Assembly: GCA_963789395.1 (NCBI GenBank)
Contig: CAWBKP010000021.1
Coordinates: 96,001 to 160,000 of the forward strand
Source of the DNA: an uncultured delta proteobacterium
GTDB taxonomy: Bacteria; Desulfobacterota; Desulfobacteria; Desulfobacterales; Desulfatirhabdiaceae
DNA length: 64,000 nt
Reading direction: 5' to 3'
The notes under the pieces are model-generated. The model ran no database searches, had not been told where the DNA came from, and worked only from the letters and a program-made list of their open reading frames with translations. The position numbers and the translations under genes are program-made. Shown one piece after another: positions 1 to 9,295 of the stretch. Each line of letters begins with the position of its first letter. Position 1 is the stretch's first letter.

Positions 1-425
1 CGTTTGTCTTAGAACCCACCGGCGCCGGTAATTTTCTGGTTGGCAGCAGCCGGCAATTTGCCGATCTGGATACTGCAGTGGACGTTCGCGTGCTGAAAGC
101 CATTGCCCAAAGAGCCATTCGGTTTTTTCCCGTGATCCGGCAAATTCAGATCATTCGCAGCTATGCCGGTCTGCGGCCTTATACGCCGGATCATTTTCCA
201 ATTGTTTCCGATACTCGGGTTCCGGGTTTTTATGTGGCTGCAGGCCATGAAGGGGATGGCATCGGTCTTTGTCTGATTACGGGTAAACTGATGGCGCAGA
301 TCCTTACCGGTGAGCCCACGGATATTTCCATTGAGCCCCTCAGGCTGAATCGTTTTGAGGGAGAAAACCTGAACCATGCGAATACTGAAATCCAAAATTC
401 AAAACAAATTCAAATATCAGAATGA
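1..425 (+). CDS. FAD-dependent oxidoreductase (DadA/glycine oxidase family), 3' part only
   Basis: C-terminal motifs YAGLRPYTPDHFPIV and GHEGDGIGL; gene starts before the window; last ~15 codons run into a periodic repeat. Confidence 0.8.
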   Translation, partial: FVLEPTGAGNFLVGSSRQFADLDTAVDVRVLKAIAQRAIRFFPVIRQIQIIRSYAGLRPYTPDHFPIVSDTRVPGFYVAAGHEGDGIGLCLITGKLMAQILTGEPTDISIEPLRLNRFEGENLNHANTEIQNSKQIQISE

Positions 426-525
426 CAAAAATCAATCTGGAATGACATGCTTTTGATTATAGATTTTTTATTTTGGTTTAGAGAGTTGTTTCGGATTTCG
501 TGCTTCGAAATTCGAATTTAATAAT
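380..525. repeat. Degenerate inverted element built from ~7-nt periodic units
   Basis: A-rich left arm (aaatccaaaattcaaaacaaattcaaa) and T-rich right arm; 486-520 matches the reverse complement of 51173-51207 at 33/35 nt. Confidence 0.7.
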
Positions 526-567
526 AGATATTCATGGCCGAGCAGACCTTGAATGATTGGGGGGAAC

Positions 568-1781
568 ATGGCTGTATTCCAATGGACTGGAAAAGACAAG
601 ACAGGCAAAATTCAGAAAGGGGAGATGGAGTCGGCAAGCCAGCAGGCGGTAAAGTCTCATTTGGCAAGGCTTCGTATAACCCCGACACGCGTCAAGGAAA
701 AACCCAAGGATATTTTTGAAAACATAGCCTTTCTCCAGCCCAAGGTTATTCAAAAAGATATAATTTTATTTGCCAGGCAATTTTCCACAATGATTGATGC
801 CGGACTGCCCATTGTGCAATGTCTGGATATCTTACTCAGTCAGCAGGAAAACAAGACGTTCAAAAAAATGCTGAAAGATATCAAGGAGTCGGTTGAAAGC
901 GGTTCCACTCTGGCAGATGCACTGAAAAAATTTCCGAGGCAGTTTGACGAACTTTTCGTGAACATGATTGCCGCCGGAGAAGCAGGCGGTATTCTGGACA
1001 CAATTCTCAGACGGCTGTCCGGATACATGGAAAAGGCAGCCAAACTCAAAGCCCAGGTAAAAGGCGCCATGACCTATCCCATTGTCACCCTGGTCATTGC
1101 CTTTATCGTACTGGCCGTCATTCTGGTATTTGTTATTCCGGTGTTTCAGCAGATGTTCGCTGATTTCGGCAAGGAACTGCCCTTGCCCACCCAGATAGTC
1201 GTCGCCATTGAGTGAATTTGTCAAAAGCAAGATCCTGTATATTCTTGGCGGCCCTTGTCATCTTTATTTTTGCCTTCAAACGGTTTTACAATACGCCCAA
1301 AGGTCGAATTATTGTCGACAGGTTCGTGCTGACGCTGCCTGTTGTCGGTATGCTGATTCGAAAGGTCTCTGTGGCCAAATTCACCCGCACCATGGGCACC
1401 ATGCTTTCCAGCGGGGTTGCCATACTGGATGCCCTTGATATTACCGCAAAGACTTCCGGCAACAAGACCATTGAGGGCGCTCTTTACAATGTACGTACCG
1501 CAATTGCCGAGGGACAGACCATGGCCGAACCGCTGTCTGAAAGCGGGGTTTTCCCCGCAATGGTCTGCCAGATGATTTCAGTGGGCGAATCCACGGGCGC
1601 TCTGGATGCCATGCTCGGTAAAATTGCAGATTTTTATGATGAGGAAGTGGATCAGGCGGTTGAAAATCTCACATCCCTGATAGAACCCTTTATGCTGGTA
1701 TTTTTGGGCGTCACCATCGGGGGGCTGGTTATTGCCATGTACCTGCCGATCTTCAAGCTGGCCGGGGCGATTTCCGGCTGA
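568..1781 (+). CDS. pilC: Type IV pilus inner-membrane platform protein PilC (T2SS F family), frameshifted near 1209 and 1250
   Basis: FARQFSTMIDAGLPIVQCL, AGEAGGILD, GESTGALDAML, IAMYLPIF; pieces in ORFs 553-1215, 1208-1438 and 1212-1781. Confidence 0.92.
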
Positions 1782-1809
1782 TTCAGTCAAAAGATAGCCC
1801 GCAATTCAA

Positions 1810-3095
1810 ATGGAAACAACTGTCCGGACTGACAATGACTTTCTGAAAAAAATTAAATGGTTGATGTTTTTCAGAGTGCTTTTTACCGTCTTCCTTCTGG
1901 GATCGACGATCATCGTTCAGTACGGGCAGCAGCTCAGTTTTGCGAGCCCTCAACTGGTATTCTTTATGGCATTAATGCCGTCGTATTGATTCTATCGATC
2001 GGATATGCCATCATTTTTAAATTTGACATTATTATATCCTGCTTTTGCCTTCCTCCAGATCATTCTGGATACGGTCATCGTTTCCATGATCGTATTTGCA
2101 ACAGGCTGTTATTCAAGTATATTTTCATTTTTGTACCTTCTGGTCATCGTTTATTCAAGTATGCTTCTTTCCCGAAAAAGCTGCATGTTTATCGCTGCGT
2201 TGTCGAGCATCCAGTATGGCATCATGGTTGAACTCGAGCTTTACGGCATTCTAAAACCATTTGTGCCGTCCCGGTCACTGCTGCATTCAGACGATCTGAC
2301 GCTGGTAACCTATAAGATCGTCATTACCATGATAGCCTGTTTTGCGGTGGCCTGGTTAAGCTCTATTCTGGCCGATCAGGCAAGATCGTCCCGGAAAGAA
2401 CTGCTGGCCATGGAAGCACATGTCCGTCGCGTTGAACGGTTGGCCTATATGGGTGAAATGGCTGCCGGACTTGCCCATGAAATCAGAAATCCCCTGGCAT
2501 CCCTGACCGGTTCCATTCAGATACTGAAAGAAGAACTCCAGTTTGCACCGGCCAGGAAAAACTGATGCGGATTGTCTTGAGAGAGGCGGACCGGTTAAGC
2601 TCGATAGTGAGTGATTTTTTGTTGTTCGCCAGACCGCAGTCCGGTAATATTACAGAAATTCTCGTGGAAGAGGTTCTGGTGGAAACGCTGGCTCTCTTTA
2701 AAAACGATGCGAACTGCTGCCGGCGGATATCCATGACAACGGATTTGATTCCGGATGTTCGGATCGCTATGGATCCGATTCATTTCCGCCAGATTCTCTG
2801 GAATCTTTTGTTAAATGCCGCCGAAGCCATCCGGGAACAGGGGACTATCCATGTCCATATGCAAAACGAGCAAAACAGGTATGTGGAGGTTCACATCTCG
2901 GATACGGGACATGGCATATCTCCTGAACACATCCAGATGATGTTTAATCCTTTTTTTACGACAAAAGCCAGCGGTACAGGGCTGGGGCTTGCCATTGTCC
3001 ATCGTCTTTTGGAAACATATGGCGGGCGCCTGGATGTGGAAAGCGCGATTGGCCAGGGTACAGAGGTGATCCTGAAACTGAAAAAAAGTCAATGA
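1810..3095 (+). CDS. pilS: PilS-like membrane sensor histidine kinase, frameshifted near 1960, 2015 and 2555
   Basis: N-terminal KWLMFFRVLF and TM helices; H-box GLAHEIRNPL; N-box NLLLNA; DTGHG, FFTTK, GTGLGL; follows pilC. Confidence 0.78.
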
Positions 3096-3188
3096 AATGG
3101 GCAGAGATATCAGATGACAGGAAACCGCAAGGGGCAGCGCATTAATCATCTATCCCCTGACATCTGATAGGATTTCCAGGAGGGGGTT

Positions 3189-4355
3189 GTGAAAAAACAG
3201 GTCATATTGATAGGGGTTCTGTTGCTTTTGGTGGGTGTCGGCGCATTGGTTTTCTGGGGCCAGCACCAGCAACGCAGTGCGGATCTCTATTATTCCGGGA
3301 CACTGGAAGCCATCCGGTCCAATCTGTCTTTTCAGGTATCGGGAAAGGTTAAAACGGTGAATCTGAACGAGGGCCAGTATGTGAAAACTGGTCAGTGTAT
3401 CGCTGAGCTGGAACAGGAAGAATTTTTGGCGCGCCTGGATCAGGCCCGGGCCAACCTGAATCAAGCTATCGAAAACCGCAAACAGCTTGAAGTCAGCCTG
3501 GAAATAAACCAGGAAACGCTTCCCGCGGATGTCAGCCGGGCGGAATCCGCGGTTCAGGCTGCTGCAGCGCAGCTTGCCGAACAGCAGGCGGGAAACCGGA
3601 CCCAGGATATCGAGCGGGCCAGATTGTCGCTTCAGGAGGCTGAGATTGCCATGGATGATGCCCGCAAGGATAAACGCCGGTTTGACGATCTTTTCCAAAG
3701 CGGATTTATAGCCGAAAAAGAACGGGATGGAGCCGATCTTAAATATGAAACCGCTGTAAAAGTCAGACAACGTGCTGCGGAAGTCTTTGCTCTGGCGAAA
3801 GAAGGCTTCCGGAAGGAATCCGTTGACGTTGCCCGGGCAAGACTATCAGAAGCGCAGGCCGCGCTGCTGCTGTCAAAGGGAAATCTCAAAAAAATTGAGG
3901 CAGTTCAGGCCGATATTCAGGCTGCCGTCGCCAGGATTCAATCAGCGGAATCCGCGGTGAATCTGGCGGAAATTCAGCTTGGCTATACCCGCCTTCTTGC
4001 CCCTTTTGACGCCATCCTGACCAGCCGGAACGTCGAACCGGGCGAAGTGGTGACCCCGGGGCGAGAGGTTATTTCCCTTGCCGATCTTTCCCGGATTGAC
4101 CTGAAGGTGTTTGTGGATGAAACGCAGATCGGTAAAATCCGGCCCGGACAGCAGGTAGAGGTGAAGATCGACACGTTCCCTGACAAAAAATATGATGGAT
4201 ATGTATCCTATATCTCGCCTGAAGGCGAATTTACGCCTAAAATCATTCAGACCCGAAAAGAGCGGGTGAAACTGGTGTATCTGGTAAAGATAGCGCTGGC
4301 CAATCCCAATCTCGAATTGAAATCCGGAATGCCTGCCGATGCCTGGTTTCGATAA
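3189..4355 (+). CDS. HlyD-family membrane fusion protein (YbhG-like)
   Basis: N-terminal TM, long coiled coil, APFDA, EFTPKIIQT, LKSGMPAD. Confidence 0.9.
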   Translation: MKKQVILIGVLLLLVGVGALVFWGQHQQRSADLYYSGTLEAIRSNLSFQVSGKVKTVNLNEGQYVKTGQCIAELEQEEFLARLDQARANLNQAIENRKQLEVSLEINQETLPADVSRAESAVQAAAAQLAEQQAGNRTQDIERARLSLQEAEIAMDDARKDKRRFDDLFQSGFIAEKERDGADLKYETAVKVRQRAAEVFALAKEGFRKESVDVARARLSEAQAALLLSKGNLKKIEAVQADIQAAVARIQSAESAVNLAEIQLGYTRLLAPFDAILTSRNVEPGEVVTPGREVISLADLSRIDLKVFVDETQIGKIRPGQQVEVKIDTFPDKKYDGYVSYISPEGEFTPKIIQTRKERVKLVYLVKIALANPNLELKSGMPADAWFR

Positions 4356-5142
4356 GACAGGTCTACCGTTGCAGGGACCGGACACAGCCGATTCTCCGAT
4401 CCTTCGGGTGGATGGGGTGTCCCGGTATTATGGAAAAGTCGAGGCGGTGTCCCGGGTGTCGTTTTCAGTTCAGGCGGGTGCCATTTTCGGGTTTGTGGGA
4501 TCGGACGGGGCCGGAAAGACCACGCTGCTTCGGATGATTGCCGCCATGATCCGGCCTTCAGCCGGCCATATTCAGATCAACGGGCTGGATGTGGTTCAGG
4601 ACAGGGCGCGGGTGAAGGAACTGATTGGTTATATGCCCCAGCGCTTCGGACTCTACTCGGATCTGACGGTTGCGGAAAACATGGATTTTTTCATGGATAT
4701 TTTCGGGATTTTCGGATCTGAAAGAAAAAAACGAAAAGACCAGTACCTGGGGTTTTCCAACCTGACGCCGTTTCAGGATCGGCTGGCGCGGGATCTTTCC
4801 GGCGGGATGAAACAAAAACTCGGGCTTGCCTGCGTGCTGGTGCATCAGCCAAGCATGCTGATTCTGGATGAGCCGACCAATGGCGTGGATCCGGTTTCCA
4901 GAAAGGAGTTCTGGGAAATTCTCAGTGCCATGCGAAACGAGGGGATGACCATCCTGGTGTCAACAGCTTATCTGGATGAAGGGGAAAAATGCGACCAGAT
5001 TATCCTGATGCACAATGCCCATGTTTTGGATCAGGCGGCGCCTGCCGCGTTTCGTGCGGATTTTTCCAGCCTGGAGCAGGCCATGATTCATCGTATCGAG
5101 GCTGCGGACAAGATTCTCTCAGGGGAGCATTTTGACATCTGA
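4339..5142 (+). CDS. ABC transporter ATP-binding protein
   Basis: Walker A GSDGAGKTT, LSGGMKQK, LDEPTNGVD. Confidence 0.92.
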   Translation: MPGFDKTGLPLQGPDTADSPILRVDGVSRYYGKVEAVSRVSFSVQAGAIFGFVGSDGAGKTTLLRMIAAMIRPSAGHIQINGLDVVQDRARVKELIGYMPQRFGLYSDLTVAENMDFFMDIFGIFGSERKKRKDQYLGFSNLTPFQDRLARDLSGGMKQKLGLACVLVHQPSMLILDEPTNGVDPVSRKEFWEILSAMRNEGMTILVSTAYLDEGEKCDQIILMHNAHVLDQAAPAAFRADFSSLEQAMIHRIEAADKILSGEHFDI

Positions 5143-5878
5143 AGTTGTTTCCGTTCAGAATCTTGTCAAGCGCTTCGGCCGCTTTGTCGCCGTTGACCGG
5201 ATTTCCTTTTCGGTCCAGCAAGGCGAGATTTTCGGTTTTCTGGGGCCAAACGGCGCCGGAAAATCCACCACCATTCGCATGCTTTGCGGCATTATCATGC
5301 CAACCTCGGGCGCGGGAAATGTGGCGGGTCTGGACATTTTTACCCAGTCCGAGGAAATCAAACACAACATCGGTTACATGTCTCAGAAATTTTCCCTGTA
5401 TGAGGACATGACCCCGTTTGAAAATATCCGGTTTTATCTCGGGATTTACAGCGTCCCTCCGGAAAGATGGAAGGAGCGGACCGACTGGGTTCTGGAGATG
5501 ACCCGGCTTGAAAACGCCAAAAACCGCCTGACCCGTGAACTGCCGCCGGGATGGCGCCAGCGTCTGGCTCTTGGCTGCGCCCTGCTCCATGAGCCCCGAA
5601 TACTCTTTCTGGATGAGCCGACATCCGGAGTGGACCCCATTACCCGAAGGCATTTCTGGGCGTTTATCCGGCATCTGACCACAACCGGCGTTACCGTGTT
5701 TGTGACCACCCATTACATGGATGAAGCCCAGCACTGCGATCGGGTGGTCATGATCAACGAAGGTAAGATCGTGGTGTCCGGCCCGCCTGCCCGGATTGTC
5801 CAGGAACTGTTCCCGGAAAGAACGGATGCCGACCTGAACGATGTCTTTATCCACCTGATGACCCGGAGCCGATCATGA
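5132..5878 (+). CDS. ABC transporter ATP-binding protein (second)
   Basis: GPNGAGKST, LDEPTSGVD, TTHYMDEA; signature is LPPGW. Confidence 0.92.
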   Translation: MTSEVVSVQNLVKRFGRFVAVDRISFSVQQGEIFGFLGPNGAGKSTTIRMLCGIIMPTSGAGNVAGLDIFTQSEEIKHNIGYMSQKFSLYEDMTPFENIRFYLGIYSVPPERWKERTDWVLEMTRLENAKNRLTRELPPGWRQRLALGCALLHEPRILFLDEPTSGVDPITRRHFWAFIRHLTTTGVTVFVTTHYMDEAQHCDRVVMINEGKIVVSGPPARIVQELFPERTDADLNDVFIHLMTRSRS

Positions 5879-7008
5879 ATCTGATTAAAATTCAGGCCAT
5901 CAGCCGAAAGGAATATTATCATCTGATCCGGGATTTTCGAAGCCTGTATCTGGCATTTATCATTCCGCTGCTGCTGATTTTTCTCTTCGGCTATGCGCTC
6001 AGCCTGGATGTGGACAATATCCAGGTTGTGGTGGTGGATCATGATCGGACTGATCTGAGCCGGGACTTGATTCAAAAACTGGATGCCTCTTCTTATTTTC
6101 ATGTCATCGCCCAGGTACCGGAAGACCGGACAGCCAGCCGGTATCTGGATGACGGCAGGGCGTCCGTTGCGATTATCCTGCCGTCTGGCTGGACTGCGGA
6201 GATTCGGGCGGACAGGGAAAGTCCGGTACAGATTCTGATCGATGGCAGCGACCCGAATTTCGCCGGCATTACCCGAAGCTACCTGACGGCGTTCATCCTG
6301 CGATACAACCAGAATCAGCTCCTTGGTTTTTTAAACCGGCAGGGAAGGGATATGATCCATCCGCCGGTTGAGGGCCGCATCCGCGTATGGTTCAACGAGG
6401 ATCTGGAAAGCCGCAATTTCATTGTTCCCGGCATTATCGCCATCATTATCATGATTGTGGGCGCCATGCTCACCTCGCTGGTGGTTGCCAGGGAATACGA
6501 AAGCGGCACCATGGAAACCATCCGCTCCCTGCCGGTGCCTGCCGCCGAGTTTTTAATCGGAAAAGCCATTCCGTATTTCATCATCGGCCTGATCGATGTG
6601 CTGGTGTCGATATTCATGGGCCAGATCCTGTTCGGCGTGGTCATGAAATCGAGTTTCTGGCTCATGATACTGGCTTCATCCCTGTATCTTGGCGTGGCGC
6701 TCAGTCTGGGTCTTTTGATATCCAGTGTGACCAAGTCCCAGCTAGTCGCCAATCAGCTGGCGGTTTTAATCACCTATCTGCCGTCGCTGCTTCTGTCCAA
6801 TTTCGTTTTTCCCGTGGAGAACATGCCAAAAGTTCTTCAGCTGGTGACCCGGATCGTACCGGCAACTTATTTTATCGATATTTTAAATGGCCTGTACTTG
6901 CGGAATCTCGGGCTTTCGACGCTCTGGCCCAGCTATCTGATACTGACGGTCATGTTCTGTGTGCTTTCGGCTTTGAATTTGGCTGTCCTGAAAAAAGAGG
7001 GGCTTTAG
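5875..7008 (+). CDS. ABC-2 permease (YbhS-like)
   Basis: LFGYAL, RVWFNEDLES, AREYESGTME, multiple TM helices. Confidence 0.9.
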   Translation: MNLIKIQAISRKEYYHLIRDFRSLYLAFIIPLLLIFLFGYALSLDVDNIQVVVVDHDRTDLSRDLIQKLDASSYFHVIAQVPEDRTASRYLDDGRASVAIILPSGWTAEIRADRESPVQILIDGSDPNFAGITRSYLTAFILRYNQNQLLGFLNRQGRDMIHPPVEGRIRVWFNEDLESRNFIVPGIIAIIIMIVGAMLTSLVVAREYESGTMETIRSLPVPAAEFLIGKAIPYFIIGLIDVLVSIFMGQILFGVVMKSSFWLMILASSLYLGVALSLGLLISSVTKSQLVANQLAVLITYLPSLLLSNFVFPVENMPKVLQLVTRIVPATYFIDILNGLYLRNLGLSTLWPSYLILTVMFCVLSALNLAVLKKEGL

Positions 7009-7031
7009 ATGCGTGTGAAAGGCTTCAAGCC

Positions 7032-8153
7032 GTGAACTGGATACGTGTCAGAGAACTGGTCCGCAAGGAATTCATCCAGCTGTTCCGGGATAAAAAAAAC
7101 CGGCCGCTGTTGATTGTTGCGCCGCTCGTTCAGCTCATTCTTTTCGGCTATGTGGTATCAACCGATGTCCGCGACATTACCGTCGGCCTGCTGGATCTCA
7201 GCCACACTGCGGAGAGCCGGATGCTGGTGGACGCAATCGGCGGAAACAAGACATTCCGCATCACCGAGGTTGTCGAAAGCCCTGAAGAGCTGGACCGGCT
7301 GATGCTGATGCGCAAGGTCAACCTGGGGATCAAGATTCCGCCGGATTTCAGCGCAACAATCCGCAAAGGCCGAACCGCCGACGTTCAGATTCTGGCCGAC
7401 GGCAGCATGAGCAATATGGCCGCTGTGCGGATATCCTATATGCTTACGGTGCTGGAGCGGTTTAACAATCAGATGATCCGGGAGCTTCATCCTGTAAGAA
7501 TGTCCTACGGAAAGGCCGATGACCGCATTCGCACCTGGTATAACCCCAATCTGGACAGCCGCAATTTTTACGTTCCCGGTATCGTGGCGTTTCTGATCAT
7601 GCTGCTGGTCATGCTCCTGACTTCGATGGCCATTATCCGGGAAAAGGAATCCGGAACCATGGAGCAGCTCATGGTTACCCCGTTAAAGCCCATTGAGATG
7701 ATTCTGGGAAAAACCATTCCCTTCATCCTTATCGCCCAGGCCCAGATGATCATGGTGACGCTGTTTGCGGTGTTCTGGTTCGACATTCCCCTGGTGGGCA
7801 GCATCTCGCTGCTGCTGGTGGCAACCTGTCTGTTTTTGCTCAGCACGCTGGGGATAGGCCTGTTTATCTCCACGGTATCCGCAACCCAGCAGCAGGCCAT
7901 GATGACGACGTTTTTCTTTATATTGCCGTTTTTTATGCTGAGCGGGTTCGTGTTTCCCGTCGCCAACATGCCCAAAGTCGTTCAGTGGCTGACTTACTTG
8001 AACCCGCTGAAATATTTTTTAATTATTATCCGGGGGGTATTTTTAAAAGGGACCGGACTGGACGCCCTCTGGCCCCAGTTTATCGGTCTTTTAGTTCTTG
8101 GCTCGGTGGTGTTCTGGGGCGCTGTCCGCCTGTTCCGGAAAAGGTTGGATTAA
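7032..8153 (+). CDS. ABC-2 permease (YbhR-like)
   Basis: GTG start at 7032 inside ORF 6387-8153; KEFIQLFRD, WYNPNLDS, IREKESGTMEQL. Confidence 0.9.
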   Translation: MNWIRVRELVRKEFIQLFRDKKNRPLLIVAPLVQLILFGYVVSTDVRDITVGLLDLSHTAESRMLVDAIGGNKTFRITEVVESPEELDRLMLMRKVNLGIKIPPDFSATIRKGRTADVQILADGSMSNMAAVRISYMLTVLERFNNQMIRELHPVRMSYGKADDRIRTWYNPNLDSRNFYVPGIVAFLIMLLVMLLTSMAIIREKESGTMEQLMVTPLKPIEMILGKTIPFILIAQAQMIMVTLFAVFWFDIPLVGSISLLLVATCLFLLSTLGIGLFISTVSATQQQAMMTTFFFILPFFMLSGFVFPVANMPKVVQWLTYLNPLKYFLIIIRGVFLKGTGLDALWPQFIGLLVLGSVVFWGAVRLFRKRLD

Positions 8154-8394
8154 TATTAGGTCTGTTCGGAAGCACGGTTATGATTGTAAATCTGAAATTC
8201 AAAACAGGGTGAATGAATCCTTTGTTCTGCACCTGAATTTTCTGGGTGATTTTGTGGGGTCCCAGGCCGTGCTGCAGTCTGCGATTGTATTTATTCTTGC
8301 AATCTGGCCTGGATTCGGATGATTCGTCAAGCATTTCGGATATCCGGGCGGTGTTTCATACGCCATCATGGCGCTTTTTTTCGGGAATGGCCGG

Positions 8395-9108
8395 TTATCC
8401 GTGCAGTTTTCGGATTCGAAAGAGTTCCTGAAAGACAAAGAGCGATTTTTTCAGACTGTCGTACTGGATTCGGGAGTTACCCACGTGGCGCCAGTTCACG
8501 GGAAATTCCGCAACTCGGAATCCGGCTTTTTGGGCGAGCCAGAGGATTTCCGGGTCAAAGATCACGCTGCTGAGTTTCTGCAGGGAAAACAGCCGCCGGG
8601 CAGCGGCTTTGGTGAACATTTTGAACCCGCACTGGGTGTCCTTGTAGAAAATCCCCAGATATGCCATCTGGATCAGGGTATAGAGCTTTGCGGAAAGCTC
8701 CCGGAAAAAATTCTGATGGTCCGCGACCACGGCGCCGGCTGCGGTCCGGGAGCCCATGGCCACATCAAACCCGGACTCAATCAGGTAAATTCCTTTTGTG
8801 ATCTCTTCGATCGGTACCGCATAGTCCGCATCCATGAACAGGAGCATCTCCCCGTTTCCGGCCAGCATGCCTGTCCGGACTGCATACCCTTTTCCCCGGT
8901 TGGGATGATATTCGATCACCCGCAGGTCAACCCTGTCTCCGGAGTCGATGCCTTCCACAACCGATCGGGTGTGATCCGAGCTGCCGTCACTGACAACAAT
9001 GATTTCGCTGTGAAAATGCTGCCGGTTTAAAAAGGCAAGGGAGGCTTCCAGGGTATGAATAATCCGGTCTTCTTCATTATAGGCCGGAATAATGATGGAG
9101 AGTTTCAC
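8395..9108 (-). CDS. GT2 polyprenol-phosphate glycosyltransferase (dolichyl-phosphate glucosyltransferase-like)
   Basis: LSIIIPAYNEE, DGSSD, NRGKGYAVR, FMDAD, DTQCGFK. Confidence 0.9.
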   Translation of the reverse strand: MKLSIIIPAYNEEDRIIHTLEASLAFLNRQHFHSEIIVVSDGSSDHTRSVVEGIDSGDRVDLRVIEYHPNRGKGYAVRTGMLAGNGEMLLFMDADYAVPIEEITKGIYLIESGFDVAMGSRTAAGAVVADHQNFFRELSAKLYTLIQMAYLGIFYKDTQCGFKMFTKAAARRLFSLQKLSSVIFDPEILWLAQKAGFRVAEFPVNWRHVGNSRIQYDSLKKSLFVFQELFRIRKLHG

Positions 9109-9270
9109 GCGGGGGGTTCCTTTCGAACATAATCTGGTATACAACAGCCGATACGGCATAGATGATTAAAAATGCAAGGACGATATCGCTCAGGAAATAA
9201 CCGCCTTAAAGGGTTCGAACCAGTCCCGCGACAGCGCCGTAAAGTATGGTGGCGAGAATGGACCTGGAAA
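9105..9270 (-). pseudogene. C-terminal remnant of a PAP2-family phosphatase
   Basis: Minus strand reads YGAVAGLVRTL*GGYFLSDIVLAFLIIY, resembling the PAP2 C3 motif R-x3-GGHFLSD, with a TAA at 9206-9208 and Tyr at the His position. Confidence 0.6.
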
Positions 9271-9295
9271 AATCCGTGACAGGCCCACCATCGCA

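Noticed and set aside
6387..7031. Long N-terminal extension of the 588-aa ORF
   Set aside because: Overlaps the preceding permease out of frame; homology-like sequence starts at GTG 7032
8199..8438. Short ORFs between the ABC permease and the glycosyltransferase
   Set aside because: No recognisable motif or RBS on either strand
9200..9235. ggttcgaacc resembling a tRNA T-loop
   Set aside because: No cloverleaf or acceptor stem; better explained as part of the PAP2 remnant
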